From Eledone cirrhosa (lineage: Eukaryota): a stretch of DNA of 64,000 nucleotides. Made by a program: the position numbers and the translations under genes. Positions 15,531 to 29,682 of this stretch are shown in pieces. Every line of letters begins with the position of its first letter. Position 1 is the stretch's first letter. The notes beneath the pieces are model-generated. The model did not search any database, was not told where the DNA came from, and worked only from the letters and a program-made list of their open reading frames with translations. The stretch covers positions 214,458,001-214,522,000 of the forward strand of contig OZ024741.1 in assembly GCA_964016885.1 (NCBI GenBank), written 5' to 3'.

Positions 15531-16018
15531 TGTATATGTATATATCATATTGATAAGTTCGATAGGAAGTTTAGTATTTTATTTTAACACAACTTCTGAA
15601 TGTGTAAAATTAACTTAAATAAATATTAATATATGTAAAGAACCCTCTCTTAAATGGGATCAAATTAAACTCGCTATATCTCTACCTCCTTCAATATTCT
15701 AGGACTTTTATTCATAAGTTAGAAATTGGTATTATAATTATAAAAACCATAATTACTTTGATGATACTTATGATTAGATATATTATCCTTGAGAAATTAT
15801 TGAATAAAGAAACTATTATTATTTTATTATTATTATAATTAATAACAACAATAATAATAATTACACTTTAAAAAAAGTGAACATTTGAAAGAAAAAATTG
15901 TTCTTGGTTTTTCTTTCATACAAACATACGTACATACAGAGACTCAAAACATTCGCACACACACATACACACACACACAAACACACACACACATACACAC
16001 ACACACTCGCACACACAC

Positions 16019-16049
<31 letters not shown>

Positions 16050-16583
16050 TATATATATATAAGTGTGCACATATGTATTTAAGAATGTATGATTGTATGT
16101 ATAATATGTATTGGTGTGCATCGAAATTTTGAAAAAAAAAAGAAGAAAAAAATTGTACATGAAATTTTCAAGAATTCATAGACTTTAAAGAGCACACTGA
16201 ACTTAAATCATCCAGTCCCATAATCCCATCGTCACCAATCTCTTATTCTTTCTCCCCCTGTCCAATCTTACCCCCATTTCTCCCTCTCTGTATCTCTCTG
16301 CAGCTTTTTTGTGTACAGTTTCTCAAATAAAATAGAAAAGACATTTCATGTTAATAATTTCCTTCTCCCAACCCAGCCCCACCCATTCTCACTTTCACTT
16401 TCACTTTTCAAAATGGTGGACCCTCATCATTTTTGTTTTAGTTGTCTCGTCACTTGAAGAATTGAAACCAAACCAAACAAAAATTTGTGTAAAAACCAAA
16501 ACAATATAACTGCTACTCAATGAATAAAGTCATTTCTTTTACATGAATACAATGGAAAGTCGTCTCATTTAATTCATCATTAC

Positions 16584-17260
<677 letters not shown>

Positions 17261-18451
17261 TATATATATGCTTGACAAATGCATTTGTGAAAAAAAAAAA
17301 ATTTTTTCGGACTTGTATAAACAGGCATTTACCAGGAGATCTTTATTTCATTGTTTTAACCCTCACCTGGCTCTTGTACATTTTTGCTTTCTTTCCATTT
17401 TTTTGTGGTGGGGTGTAATCTTCTCCATTTACATTCTGTTATCTCTGGGGTTTTTTTGTCCATATTTAGTTCGGAAATGTATTGTTTAGTTGTTCTATAC
17501 AATAAAGTATGAATATGTTCTTTGGAGATGATAAAAAATTTAACTGGAATCGAAAATGAATAACTGCTCTCCTATTATTTAGCTTCTCTGTTTTTCTTTC
17601 TCTTTTCGTTTTATTCCTTCGTTTGCTCTCTTTTTTGTATCTTTTTGTTCATTTGTATTTTTATTTATTTTTTGTTAGTTTTGTTATTTACTCTATGAAA
17701 TATGTTTTTGGAAATCAGGGTTTGAAACCCTAAATAACTGTACAGCGAAACATACAAAATATGAATAAGTATTTTTTTTTTTCGATAAAGAACTAACGAA
17801 AATTGATCAAGGAATGTGTTACATATTTTGTCAAAGAATTTGGCACTAACATCTTTTTTTTTTTACAATATTTCTTTCGAAACGTAAATATTCGTTACTC
17901 CTTCTTTATCAGAGAACATTTGCTAATTTAACTACAATGCTTGCCCAAGATGGCCGGCCATAACAATGAGAAATACGAATAAATAATGAACTAAAATCTA
18001 GTTAGAAGCATATCGTAAATTTGAACTTAATATTTTTTTTTTTTTTTTTTTTTTTGCAAATCAAATTTTAGGTAATTAAATGCAGAAATATTTTTACTAT
18101 ATTTGTAAAAAAATAAAAGACAGAAAAAATGTAACGTGGAAATATATTCTTGCATAGATGTTATTGCCATTGTTGCTGTTTTTTTTTTAATTTAATTTTT
18201 TTTATATAATACAGTTACAAGAAATATCTTCACATTTATTAAACAGATTAAGAAAAGATGAAATGGCGAATAATTATATACGTACATATAACATTAGAAT
18301 TAAAATAAAGTCGATGAAATACGTATGGAATATGTTATTTATTGTTATAATATTATTGTTGTTGTTGATATTTGTTGTTGATAGATGCAGAGATGAATTG
18401 AAAGAATCGACGAAGAAGAGAAAAATGAAGGGATTACGTTGAATTATGAGC

Positions 18452-18595
18452 GAAGGCACAAGGCCAGCAATTACCCCCAGTGCATTACTGGTCTTTTACC
18501 CGTAAGGATTAAAAGCAAAGTTAACCTCGGTGGAATTTGAACTCAGAACGTAAATGGCCATAACTCTATGCTGCAAAGAATGGCGTCCGACGCTT
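18452..18595 (-). mobile_element. Nin/Deu-domain SINE
   Basis: Reverse complement of the family consensus. Confidence 0.75.
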
Positions 18596-18924
18596 GTTTA
18601 AACTTGGCTTTGCATCCGTCTCAACTCAATATTATAAAGTACCAGTCATGAAATGGTGTCGATATACTTGACAATTATGTCTTCTTGGAATTTTTGGACG
18701 TGTTCCTAGGTAAGAAATTGGTGAATTCCTAGAATCGTTAAAGCGAGGACACAAAATATATGGCAACAATCAAATCAAATAGAAGGCGATTTCGAACACC
18801 ATCAATACAAGCTAAACAGAAAATATAGGTCACACTCGGAGGTCAAGATACGAGAGACTTATCTCTCCTTGGAATTTACAGCTTGGTGCCAATCAAGGAA
18901 TTTCTAGTATTTTAATAATGATTT

Positions 18925-19130
18925 CTAGTATAGGCACAAGGCCAGTAATTTTGGAGGAGAAAGTCGATTAAATCGACCCCAGTACGTTACAGGTGCTTTA
19001 TTTTATCGACCCCGTAAGGATGAAAGGCAAAGTTAACCTCGATGGGATTTGAACTCAGACCGTAAAGGGACGTAACTCTATGCTGGCAAACATGGCGTCC
19101 GACCCTTTACTGATACTGCCAATCCACCGC
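18925..19130 (-). mobile_element. Nin/Deu-domain SINE, near full length
   Basis: Reverse complement of the 6362-6548 family. Confidence 0.85.
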
Positions 19131-19748
19131 GCTCGTATTTTAATAACGAAAGTTAAAATAGTTTGAGGTGGTCAAACATCACCGAAATCATTTTTCTATT
19201 TAATCATCAAAAGATAAATAAAATAAAATACCAGAAACATCTTGAGGTGAACATAATCCAGACCAGGTGGCAGGTGAAGAAACGAGTGAATTGCTACAAA
19301 TGTTAAGGGCCCAGACTTATGAATATGAGGTAAATTTTGTATAGGTGTTTCTCTAATGATATATCCATATATTTTTTTAATTCCCATTATATATATATAA
19401 ACCACCAATCAAAACAACATAAATTGACCACCATATGAACGCGAAATATTACAAACTTTTCTATGCTTTATATGTTCATTCTGTCATTACAACAGCAGAG
19501 GTCCGACGAGCTTTTGATTCCGGATTCGGGCCTTATCAATATAGATCGAACCTTGAGCTAATCAATAAACGTAATGAAGGCTTAACAAATCGTCCTTGTA
19601 TTCTTATATTACACCCTGTTCAACTCTACACCTCGCTACTGGTGTGAACCTAAACATCGAGTGCTCACCTGAGTCATCCTACAGTAACTTCACGTTACAC
19701 TCACTAGATATATATATATATATACATACACATACACACACACACACA

Positions 19749-19883
<135 letters not shown>

Positions 19884-19995
19884 GTATATGTATGTATGTA
19901 TGCTTTAGATATGGTGTGGTAAAACCCAGCTAGACCATAACCCACCAGAGTACTCGATACTTGGGGTAGTAGTGTGGGTAATATGAAAATAATAT

Positions 19996-20096
<101 letters not shown>

Positions 20097-20163
20097 GTAC
20101 ATAGCAAGGATGACGGAATTATGACAGAGGTAGTGCAGTCGTTTTATTAAACAATATTATTAT

Positions 20164-20350
20164 TGGTGAATTGGCAGTATCGGTAGAGGGTCGGACACCA
20201 TGCTTTGACGCATAGAGTTACGGCCCTTGCCATTCTGAGTTCAAATCCCACCGAAGTTAACTTTGCCTTTCATCCTTACGGGGTCGATAAAATAAATTAC
20301 CAGTAATGTACTGGTTAATTGCTGGCCTTGTGCCAATAGTAGAAACAATC
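20164..20350 (+). mobile_element. Nin/Deu-domain SINE
   Basis: High similarity to 6362-6548. Confidence 0.85.
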
Positions 20351-21329
20351 ATTAATATATCCGCTACACGTCTTTCAATGTTATTCATAACGACCTGCAG
20401 CTGTCTAAAATGTACTCAGATAATCCAAATAACTACTGTGTACCCTGCGCAAAAATATGCAGTGCTCACTTCTCCTCGGAAAGTAATATGGATATATGTA
20501 TAAATGGTTCAGTAGATTTGTGGTTTACTGAGGAAAGTACCAAAATCAACATTCTATGCTAAGGCAGAGTCTACATATTGAAAACACACACACACACACA
20601 TATATATATTTATATTAAAATAACAGATTAAAGTTTAAGCAAAGAATCGTTGCTTTGACCCTTAACGGGATATTCTGAAACTAAAAAAAATCAATCTGTG
20701 AACGCAGAAGTAAACATTTCGAAAAACGTTGTAACCGAAAGAAGACGGAAGACGATACTTTGGTTCGTGGAAACGTTCCCGGGTGGTTTTATGCTAGGAT
20801 GTGTAGTGTGCATATTGATATTATACGCAAATATACATACATGTAGATATGATACGTCAAATGAAATCGTAATTGACAATATACACAGAAATTGAATGAA
20901 GTCTATGTTACACTCTCTTCTGTAATCAGTAAAGTAATCTATGATACATAAAAAAAAGACGATATTAAACATAAGCTGCATATATAATAAACTAAAACGT
21001 TATGAAAACGAAAAAAAGGAGAAAATTAGCCACGGAAATATAGACCTTATATAACGATGCAAATATATAAGCGATGTAATAAGTGTTATAATATAACGGA
21101 CGCTAACGGAAGTGTCGACATTTGAAAATTTTAAAGAAGTGAATCTTAAAATAAACAATACTTTATAAATAAGAATATTTATGTTTAATCAAGTGCTATG
21201 AAGTTTAGTAGATAAATTATATAATATTCATTCATTATTTATTCAAAGTAATCTAACTTATTTTACTAACGTGATAAAAAAATATGAAACGGATGCTGAC
21301 CCGCACTCCTCCCTTTATTATATATGCTA

Positions 21330-21515
21330 GTGGATTGGCAGTATCGGCAGAGGGTCGGACGCCATGCTTTGAAGCATAGAGTTACCTCCCTTGTCATTCT
21401 GAGTTCAAATCCCGCCGAGGTTAACTTTGCCGTTCCTCCTTACAGGGTCGATAAAATAAAGTACCAGTAATGCACTGGGTAATTTGCTGGCCTTGTGCAA
21501 CAAGTAGAAACAATT
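21330..21515 (+). mobile_element. Nin/Deu-domain SINE
   Basis: High similarity to 6362-6548. Confidence 0.85.
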
Positions 21516-21823
21516 ATATATGCTAGCAGTCCGAAATGAGCTGAACATCGACAGTCGATCGACTTACGTCAAATCGGACCGAGGAAACAATGTTTTCGTT
21601 GGTCTTTCCAATTACTGAACATGCGTATCAGAAATAGGTGAGGGTTTGACACTGAGATGGACTACCGTCTTATCCAGGGGGAGGTCTTGTACTCTCAGTC
21701 GTTTAACCAGGATAAGCATTGGCAAGATGAGCTTTCGGGTTCGAGATAGGCATGAGTGTTTTTTTTTTTTTTAGATAGTATATATACAAGAATTTTGTGG
21801 CGTATGTATATATATGTGTATAT

Positions 21824-22240
21824 ATATCAACTAGAAATAGATTGACATATACTGTATATATATAAAATAAATACATGGAACAATCGCAGGGAATAATTTG
21901 TAAAGAATGTAAGCACACATAGCTAGGTAGGTAACCAATTAAAGTTTAACTAGAACTTCAAATATAGATACCTTTTAAAATGATTAATTATTTTAAAAGG
22001 TATCTATATTTGAAGTTCTAGTTAAACTTTAATTGGTTACCTACCTAGCTATGTGTGCTTACATTCTTTACAAATTATTCCCTGTGATTGTTCCATGTAT
22101 TTATTTTATATATATATATGTCAATCTATTTCTAGTTGATATGAAATGCTCGGATCTATTCATTGGAATCTTTGAGCATATTCTACAGTGGATATGGCGT
22201 ATGTTTCTCAGACATGACAACCCTTAATTTAATTTTGGAT
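21824..22240 (+). mobile_element. Near-perfect ~320-bp palindrome (21824-22142) plus 3' extension; Penelope-type fold-back
   Basis: Centre ~21985; terminus and extension recur at 15340-15465 and ~28980. Confidence 0.7.
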
Positions 22241-22289
22241 ATATATGTATATATATAAAGAAAATGTTCGCTCTACATGGCTGAATACA

Positions 22290-22485
22290 ATAAATGTAAA
22301 CTGTGTTTTTCGAATATTAATAACATTCGATTCGTTTGCAATTATGCAATCAAGCCCCATTTTTATAGCCATGTCAGTAGAATGAAGTCTTTATTCTACT
22401 GACATGGCTATGAAAATGAGGCTTGTTTGCATAATTGCAAACGAATCGAATGTTATTAATATTCGAAAAACCCAGATTACATTTA
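22290..22485. mobile_element. Fold-back inverted repeat (~90-bp arms) next to (TA)n
   Basis: ttcgaatattaataacattcgattcgtttgcaattatgc and its reverse complement. Confidence 0.7.
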
Positions 22486-22531
22486 TGATATATATATATA
22501 TATATCCGTAGTGGTAGAGCACTCAGTCGAT

Positions 22532-22574
22532 TACGAGCTGAGGATCCGCTAAGGTGAAACGATTGTTCTCCGTA
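22532..22574 (+). ncRNA. Minimal type I hammerhead ribozyme motif
   Basis: Stem I GAG/CUC (extendable), CUGAGGA, short stem II CC/GG, GAAAC-GAUU-GUU. Confidence 0.55.
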
Positions 22575-22608
22575 TGGTGAACTAACTGTTGTGTTACAAC
22601 TTATCACT

Positions 22609-22648
<40 letters not shown>

Positions 22649-22866
22649 AATGGAAGTACAGCATATTCGAAGCCAGAGCCTCAGCTAAGCCGACGAATGC
22701 TTTCAGCAGTGCAGCCAAGCACTCGACAAGGTATAGGACCTGAGGGTAATAACATACAGCTTAAAGGGCTTTACAAAATGAAGACAGCGACCGGTAATTC
22801 AGCCGGGGTCCGTAGCAACGAAAGAACTGACTCGTGAGAAAATAATTCATACACATATACATATAT

Positions 22867-22941
<75 letters not shown>

Positions 22942-23021
22942 AAACTTGGAAGGGAACAAAAACAGAGAGGCAGTACAAATACAAGTTTATTAGGTTCACG
23001 TTCTTGAGAGTGGGGGGTGGG

Positions 23022-23063
<42 letters not shown>

Positions 23064-23070
<7 letters not shown>

Positions 23071-23456
23071 TAAAGTTAGTCCTTCATCACTGATCTTCCA
23101 ACCATCATTGGTATTTCATCGCTTTAAAGACCATATACCTCCGATTGGTGCGAGCAACGGCTAAAAGTCGTTGGGACACGTAAATAAAGGGGACACGAGA
23201 GTGTAAACAAACAAAGATGGTGAAGCAACGAAAAGTGAGGAAGAAGGAGTCAAGTCCCAAAATCCCATCTTTGTTTACATTCTCGTGTCCCCTTTATTTA
23301 CGTGTCCCAACGACTTTTTTTAGCCGTTGCTCGCACCAATCGGAGGTATATGGTCTTTATAGCGATGAAATACCAATGATGGTTGGAAGATCACTGATGA
23401 AGGACTAACTTTATTCATATGTAACCCATTAGCAACCACGCAGCACGTTTATTCTC
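23064..23456 (+). mobile_element. Fold-back Penelope-type insertion with a 36-nt 3' tail
   Basis: ~155-bp inverted arms 23064-23420; unpaired tail 23421-23456; (TA)n on both sides; related copy ~31990-32150. Confidence 0.8.
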
Positions 23457-24021
23457 ATATATATATATATATGAAAGACGTAAATAAGAAAGTTATGAAA
23501 ATTGACTAATTAGATTCTGTAAGGGGATAAATACAGTTATGTAATGCCTTACGTCATCAGGGAGTCTATTCTCAGCTAAGCCACCAAGCAATGCGGGGAC
23601 ACTGGAAGCTTATATAACAATAATTCAGTGGATGGAAAAAAGCGAAAAAATCGAGCGGGGCTAGATTCTAAGCCACTGAAAAATTCGCTGCCTTCTTGGT
23701 CAAGTGGCAAATTCAGAAGAATTAATCACGTGACACTGAGGTTAACCAGCTTGGAGTGGGGGTGCTATTAAGACAGAGCCTAGCCACTACTATCAGTCAC
23801 AGTAGTAATTTGGCAAATTTTGCTCAACAAATAATTTGGAGAAGAATATAAAGAATTAATATATCTACCGACATATGTATACAGAGAATAGACTCCCTGA
23901 TGACGTAAGGCTTCTCTACGGGTATTACATAACTGTAGAGAAGGGAAGAAAGCGAAAGAGTGAGTGAAGATGGGTGTGTGACTTCTCATATAATACGATT
24001 AACCCTTAATCCGTTTACTTA

Positions 24022-24200
24022 TAATTGTTTCTACTTTTGGCACAAGACCAGCAATTATCCCAGTGTATTACTGGTACATTATTTTATCGACCCTGTAAGG
24101 ATGAAAGGCAAAGTTAATCTCGGCGGGATTTGGACTCAGACCATAAAGGGTCGTAACTCTTTGCTGCAAAGCATGGTGTCCGACCCTCTACTGATACTGC
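24022..24200 (-). mobile_element. Nin/Deu-domain SINE
   Basis: Reverse complement of the family consensus. Confidence 0.8.
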
Positions 24201-24854
24201 TCGCAAATAAATAATATCAAAATCTCATAGATTCAATATTATGTGAGATAATTATGTGAGGTAAAGCCTTTACCATGAAAATACAATAGTAAATATAGAA
24301 TAATGTATACAATATATACAATAATAAATATAGTGTAATGTAAATGCTAAAGGGTTAAAGTTGTATAAAATGTTGATTAAGTGTCGATGAAAAGATATGC
24401 AAAGTTTTAAATAAGAAAAATAGTTAATATTTCAATAAGGTGTATATGTATGTAAATATGTGTTCTACATTAGTATCAATACATTAATAATTTATAATTT
24501 CCTATAACTCTGAAGAAATCTTAATGACTAAACAGTGATCAATAACTACCAATAAAAGTGATTATTAACTATCAATGATAAACCATCCATTAACATTTCT
24601 TATAATTATTAATTACTAGTTATTAATAAGGTGATGAAAATATTTCCTACGAACCCACGGAATAAACTTCAATAGGAATTTCGTAAACTCCAGAGAATAA
24701 GATGATGAGAGAAATTAGAAATATTTATATATTTACTTTACTAACGTTTAAATAATCATATAAACTTAAATATATTATATTATTGGGACATAAATAGACT
24801 AATACATTTTTGTATACATACAGATGAAATTCTGTCAAATCGAGAATAAGGACC

Positions 24855-25125
24855 ACATACTGCAATAGCCTGGGGTCCACGGAACACCATCTTTTTAATA
24901 AGCTGTCATGGGGTGCATGTAGATGTTTTCAAGAGACATCTCGACAATCTACTAACCAAGGTCCCGTATTAACCTACAATACGAAGTGAAGCACAAATAA
25001 GAGCAGCAACAAGCAAATCCTGTTTGCATCAATGGCCAACCAGGGAGGGCTGGCTATAGAAAGTGTAGCACTGGTGGTGGTGCCCCAGCATGTCCTCAGT
25101 CCCTCAGTTGGAACACAAATAAAAA
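24855..25125 (+). mobile_element. Degenerate CR1-like LINE 3' end
   Basis: Remnant translation VFKRHLDNLLTKVP..PT...RAATS resembles CR1-group C-termini; ends in aataaa/A-rich sequence. Confidence 0.55.
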
Positions 25126-25253
25126 AATAAATACAGATGAAATTTTAGACACGCTGACAAAATATATACATATGTACGTTGCATAGTTTCAATTGACGGA
25201 TGAATTCAGATATAGCCGGCTGTTTTTGTTTATTCACATTAAGCCACCAAACA

Positions 25254-25453
25254 TTAACTCTTTAGCATTTATATTACTCTATATTACTATTGCATTTTCA
25301 TAATTATCTCACATGATATTGAATACATGAAATTTTGATGTTTAGAGAACAATAACTTAACATCAGTATGAGTAGCCGGTTACAGTTGATTTTAACAGAA
25401 AGAAGTGAGAAAATTCTGGCCGGATAAGGCTGGTTTAAATGCTAAAGGGTCAC
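25254..25453. mobile_element. piggyBac-type MITE
   Basis: TTAA + ctctttagcattta ... taaatgctaaaggg TIRs; an inverted partial copy ends taaatgctaaagggTTAA at ~24340-24358. Confidence 0.7.
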
Positions 25454-25907
25454 ATTTGATCATATGTATATCTATATAAAATATCTAGGGCAAAAATACT
25501 ACATACATATATTATATTCGTCGCTCTAGGTAGAGGGGTTACTTTCCCGAATTGAGAGTTCACAGCTCCGCTACTATGATCAGGTGGTCAGAATGTCCAA
25601 GGAAAGAATCACTAGATAGATTTTACGGGCAAAACAAACTGGCAGTAGACACAGGGGTAGATACCGGGCAACATGGCTGGATAACATATATAAGCTTGGC
25701 AAGTCTCGCTTGGGGATCCAGCCGCATCAATTAGAGACAGCTGATTTTGACAGAACCAACTGGAAATCGTGCTTAAGGACGCTGCTCCTAAGAACCTCAC
25801 AGGAATAAGTGGGCGAAGAAGAGAATATATATATATATATATATCAATACATCAACCCTACGATTCCCTCAGGAATTATGGGACCAGCCCTCCATATATA
25901 TATATAT

Positions 25908-27350
25908 GGAGCTAGGAAAACTATAGTCAAATTTGAGAACAGTTATTGGGTACGTAAAGATAGACCCTCTAACTTTGACATAACAATGGGCTCTAACGAT
26001 TCGGCGGAAATAACTGATATTGTGGGGTTATTTATCGCCTTTAGACTCCAGGAAAAATTCAGCAATCTCCACGGCGGAATATACCGCGACGATGTTCTCC
26101 TCCTAGCTAAAAACCTTAATAACCAAAAACTAGAAAAACTACGCAAAGATATAAGAAAACTACTACTCGAAATAGGACTAACTATAACATATGAATACAA
26201 CCTTAAAGTAGTTAACTTCCTGGATGTCACACTCAATTTAAACTCTGGTTTGATTAAACCGTTTCATAAATTGAATGAAAATCTCAAATACGTAAATGTT
26301 GGGTCTAACCACCCCATCTCTATAATTAAATCTATCCCTAAAAATATTTCCCTTAGAATCTCGAGTCTATCTTCTAACATACAAGTATTTAAGGAACACG
26401 CCGAGTACTACGATAACGCCCTTAGTAAAGCAGGCTACCTCAACAAAATAGAGTACATAGATGGGAACAATCAAAACACCCAAAATAAATCCCACATAGG
26501 TAGATATAATAACACAACACCAAACCACACTTACTACCATAGTATGCACACCAGTAAACCAACAAACAAAACTAATAGAAAGCGATGCAAAGAGTACTTA
26601 TGGTATAACCCCGAATACAATAGCTCCATTAGTACAAATTTACCAGTACTCTTCTTTAAAATAATTAAAAGACATTTTCCCACATCACACAAATACCACA
26701 AAATCCTAAACCCTACCACTATAAGACTGACATACTCTACAGCGTTAAACCTTGAACAACACATAAAAAAGATCAATACTAGAAGGTTAAACGAAAACAC
26801 TAAGAACTTAAGTACAAAGAACACAAAAAAAACAGTAGACAATACACTACAGAACATAAATAAACCACACCTAAGTTCGTCCGCAATACTACTCCAGAGA
26901 AAACCCAACGTACACAACTGTAACTGCACCTATCCTGACAACTGCCCCCTCGGCAATAACTGCCTGGAAAAAAATATTATTTATAAGTGTACCATTAAAT
27001 CCGGAGGCAACGAGTGGTATTACGTGGGATCAACGGCAACATCGTTTAAATCTCGATTGTATAGGCATTCTTACTCAATAAAACACCAGAGCCAAAGAAA
27101 TGTAACAACTTTAGCAGAAAAAGCTTGGACGCTCAGGGATAGCGACCAAAAGTTTACCCTAAAATGGGAAAAATTAGCTAAAACCCAAAGCTTTTCCAGG
27201 AGCCAAAATTTCTGCAAATTGTGTAATCTTGAGATTTATTACATAATCACACACAAGAAGAAACTGCTGAATAACAGAATTGAACGAACATTATTCTGCC
27301 GTCACAGAACTAAGACCCTTTTTTCCCACTACAAGCCGAATATTACATAA
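25908..27350 (+). CDS. Penelope-like element ORF (5'-truncated RT + Cys-rich linker + GIY-YIG endonuclease), Naiad-like
   Basis: FDITMGSNDSAE, GIYRDD, NFLDVTLNL, SNHP motifs; CNC..CPL...C linker; IIY..YYVG..FKSR..H and CKLCNLE. The true sequence starts after the (TA)n at ~25908; no internal stops. Confidence 0.92.
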   Translation, partial: GARKTIVKFENSYWVRKDRPSNFDITMGSNDSAEITDIVGLFIAFRLQEKFSNLHGGIYRDDVLLLAKNLNNQKLEKLRKDIRKLLLEIGLTITYEYNLKVVNFLDVTLNLNSGLIKPFHKLNENLKYVNVGSNHPISIIKSIPKNISLRISSLSSNIQVFKEHAEYYDNALSKAGYLNKIEYIDGNNQNTQNKSHIGRYNNTTPNHTYYHSMHTSKPTNKTNRKRCKEYLWYNPEYNSSISTNLPVLFFKIIKRHFPTSHKYHKILNPTTIRLTYSTALNLEQHIKKINTRRLNENTKNLSTKNTKKTVDNTLQNINKPHLSSSAILLQRKPNVHNCNCTYPDNCPLGNNCLEKNIIYKCTIKSGGNEWYYVGSTATSFKSRLYRHSYSIKHQSQRNVTTLAEKAWTLRDSDQKFTLKWEKLAKTQSFSRSQNFCKLCNLEIYYIITHKKKLLNNRIERTLFCRHRTKTLFSHYKPNIT

Positions 27351-27671
27351 AAGAGGGACATCCCCCAACTATATAAACCTTAATCTAGTTAGAAAAATAT
27401 AAAAACAATCTCTTCTCAACATATATTAATAACCTTAAATTACCATACTAATAATGAAAAGATATGCTGATGAGAATAGGTACAAATATGCGATAATGAA
27501 TGTGTCTAAAAACGTCCATAAGTATGTATATATATGTGAACATGTATATAAATAAGTAAATATATATATATGTTTGATGTGTATAGTTAGATGTAAGTGT
27601 ATTCATGTATTAAAGTGCTTATATATATATATGTATGTATATGTGTGTATATGTATGTGTATGTATATGTG

Positions 27672-27716
<45 letters not shown>

Positions 27717-27782
27717 GTAAGTATGCATGTATACGTACATACATATATGTATACAGACGTACAGTAGCATGCACATATATAC

Positions 27783-27813
<31 letters not shown>

Positions 27814-27948
27814 TACATATGCATACAGGTACACATACATATATGCACGTATCAGTTTAGCGGCGCTAACGTCGCTTTGTTCGTTTGTACATTTAAGTAA
27901 GTGCCATACTAAGAGTGAGAAATGAAATTTCGTTTTCATTTTGTTTCA

Positions 27949-28026
<78 letters not shown>

Positions 28027-28594
28027 ATGTATGTATATATGTGTATATGGATGTGTAAGAGTATGTGTATGTGTGTACACATGGACTAGAGTATGTATGT
28101 ATATATGGGTGTGTCTATACGTGTGTATATAAAGATAAGTTGAGTATGAAAATGTATACACATGAGCGCGTATGTATGTATATGAATACATGTGTGTATA
28201 TATATGTGTATGCATGTGTATATATATGTAAGTATGAATATGTGAATTGTGAGTATATGTATTTTGTAGAGGTGTCCAAATATATTTGTGTGTGAATGCG
28301 TGGGTGAAAGGATACGTACACTTGAAAGAAAAATTTAAGTCTGAATGTTAATTAAGTGCAAACACAAAACCAACCACGCATATCTTTACTATCTCTAATC
28401 CTTCTATAGATTTAGAAAAATAACCAATAATATATTCTATAAAAAATGTCAAAACAACAGATGGGAATCTAATTACTCACTGCCACCAAGAATTCTCACT
28501 GCTATCGAAAAACCACTCCTTCAACTATTCTTCTAACAACTTCACCCCTCCCTCCTAATATTCTCTATAAAAACTAAATAGGTCCTCAGTAATA

Positions 28595-28711
28595 TTATTC
28601 TGATGAAATGACAGTAAATAATAACATTGAAATATTGAATGTCTGCATAACTAAAAGTTTGTAGATAGCTGTTTTAGGTTATGTAACTGTTATAGAAACA
28701 CGTGTCAATAA
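28595..28711 (+). ncRNA. Type I hammerhead ribozyme with long stem II, probable pLTR of the upstream PLE
   Basis: UUAUU/AAUAA stem I; CUGAUGA 28600-28606; AUGACAGU/ACUGUUAU stem II base; GAAAC-ACGU-GUC with palindromic stem III. Confidence 0.75.
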
Positions 28712-28745
28712 ATTCCTTTCAACTAAACTGTATCCATTCAAATCT

Positions 28746-28825
<80 letters not shown>

Positions 28826-28830
28826 ATATA

Positions 28831-28867
<37 letters not shown>

Positions 28868-28870
<3 letters not shown>

Positions 28871-28970
28871 TAAAATAACAGATTAAATTTTAAGCAAAGA
28901 ATCTTCAGAAGATCCCGTTAAGGGCGAAAGCAGCGATTCTTTGCTTAAACTTTAATCTGTTATTTTAATA
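28868..28970. mobile_element. Minimal fold-back insertion of a family also present at 20612-20780 and 60557-60725
   Basis: 36-bp inverted arms tattaaaataacagattaaa...gcaaagaatc in (TA)n. Confidence 0.7.
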
Positions 28971-29116
28971 TATATATATATATCAACTAGAAATAGATTG
29001 ACATATATACATATATAAAATAAAAATATGAAACAATCACTTAATATGAAACAATCCCTTAATTTAATTTAATTTAATTGTGGATATGAAACAATCCCTT
29101 AATTTAATTTAATTTA

Positions 29117-29165
<49 letters not shown>

Positions 29166-29627
29166 ATACCACCACTCACGAGAGAGTTGCACACTTTTTC
29201 TAGAGTATTTTCAAGTTTGGCGGAGTCCATTCATTTCCAGCAAAGGATAGAGTGAGAGAATTGAAGTGAGAAAGTGATAGAGGGAGAGTATTTGACTCGT
29301 ACTTATCTAACGACATCGAATGGATGAAATACGTTAACCTCGGCAGGATAAGGGCTCCTAGAGCAGAGAGGTGGAACGAATACTGCACACCATTCTGCCC
29401 GACGTCCCAATATCGCTACTAATTTGACTTATATAATATATAACATATATATATATATAACGAAGGAAATGTGGTAAGGAACCAGGTGGACCATAACGCA
29501 CCAAAGTACTCAATACTTAGGGTAGTAGAGTGGGTAATAGGAACGAGTAGGACCCCGACGGCTGAGCTCAAGCCGTTTCGACGGCTAATTCTGGACTCCT
29601 ATATATATGTATATATATATATGTATG

Positions 29628-29661
<34 letters not shown>

Positions 29662-29682
29662 TACACATATATATATATATAT

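Noticed and set aside
19230-19335. Short candidate exon
   Set aside because: Plausible on both strands and in several frames; cannot be assigned.
23884-23936. CUGAUGA-containing hammerhead candidates (also 8236, 23394, 27466, 32610, 9860-9895 minus)
   Set aside because: GAAA, cleavage triplet or stem I is missing or mutated; at most decayed or truncated remnants.
25809-25907. N-terminus of the PLE ORF as called in the track
   Set aside because: Runs through (TA)n tracts and unrelated sequence; fortuitously open.
25908-27350. Selenocysteine-recoding Naiad
   Set aside because: No in-frame TGA in the retained ORF; it ends in TAA.
28905-28938. Hammerhead in the 20612/28868/60557 family (CAGAAGA-UCCCG..GGG-GAAAG)
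   Set aside because: Core deviates, there is no NUH triplet in register, and no convincing stem I.
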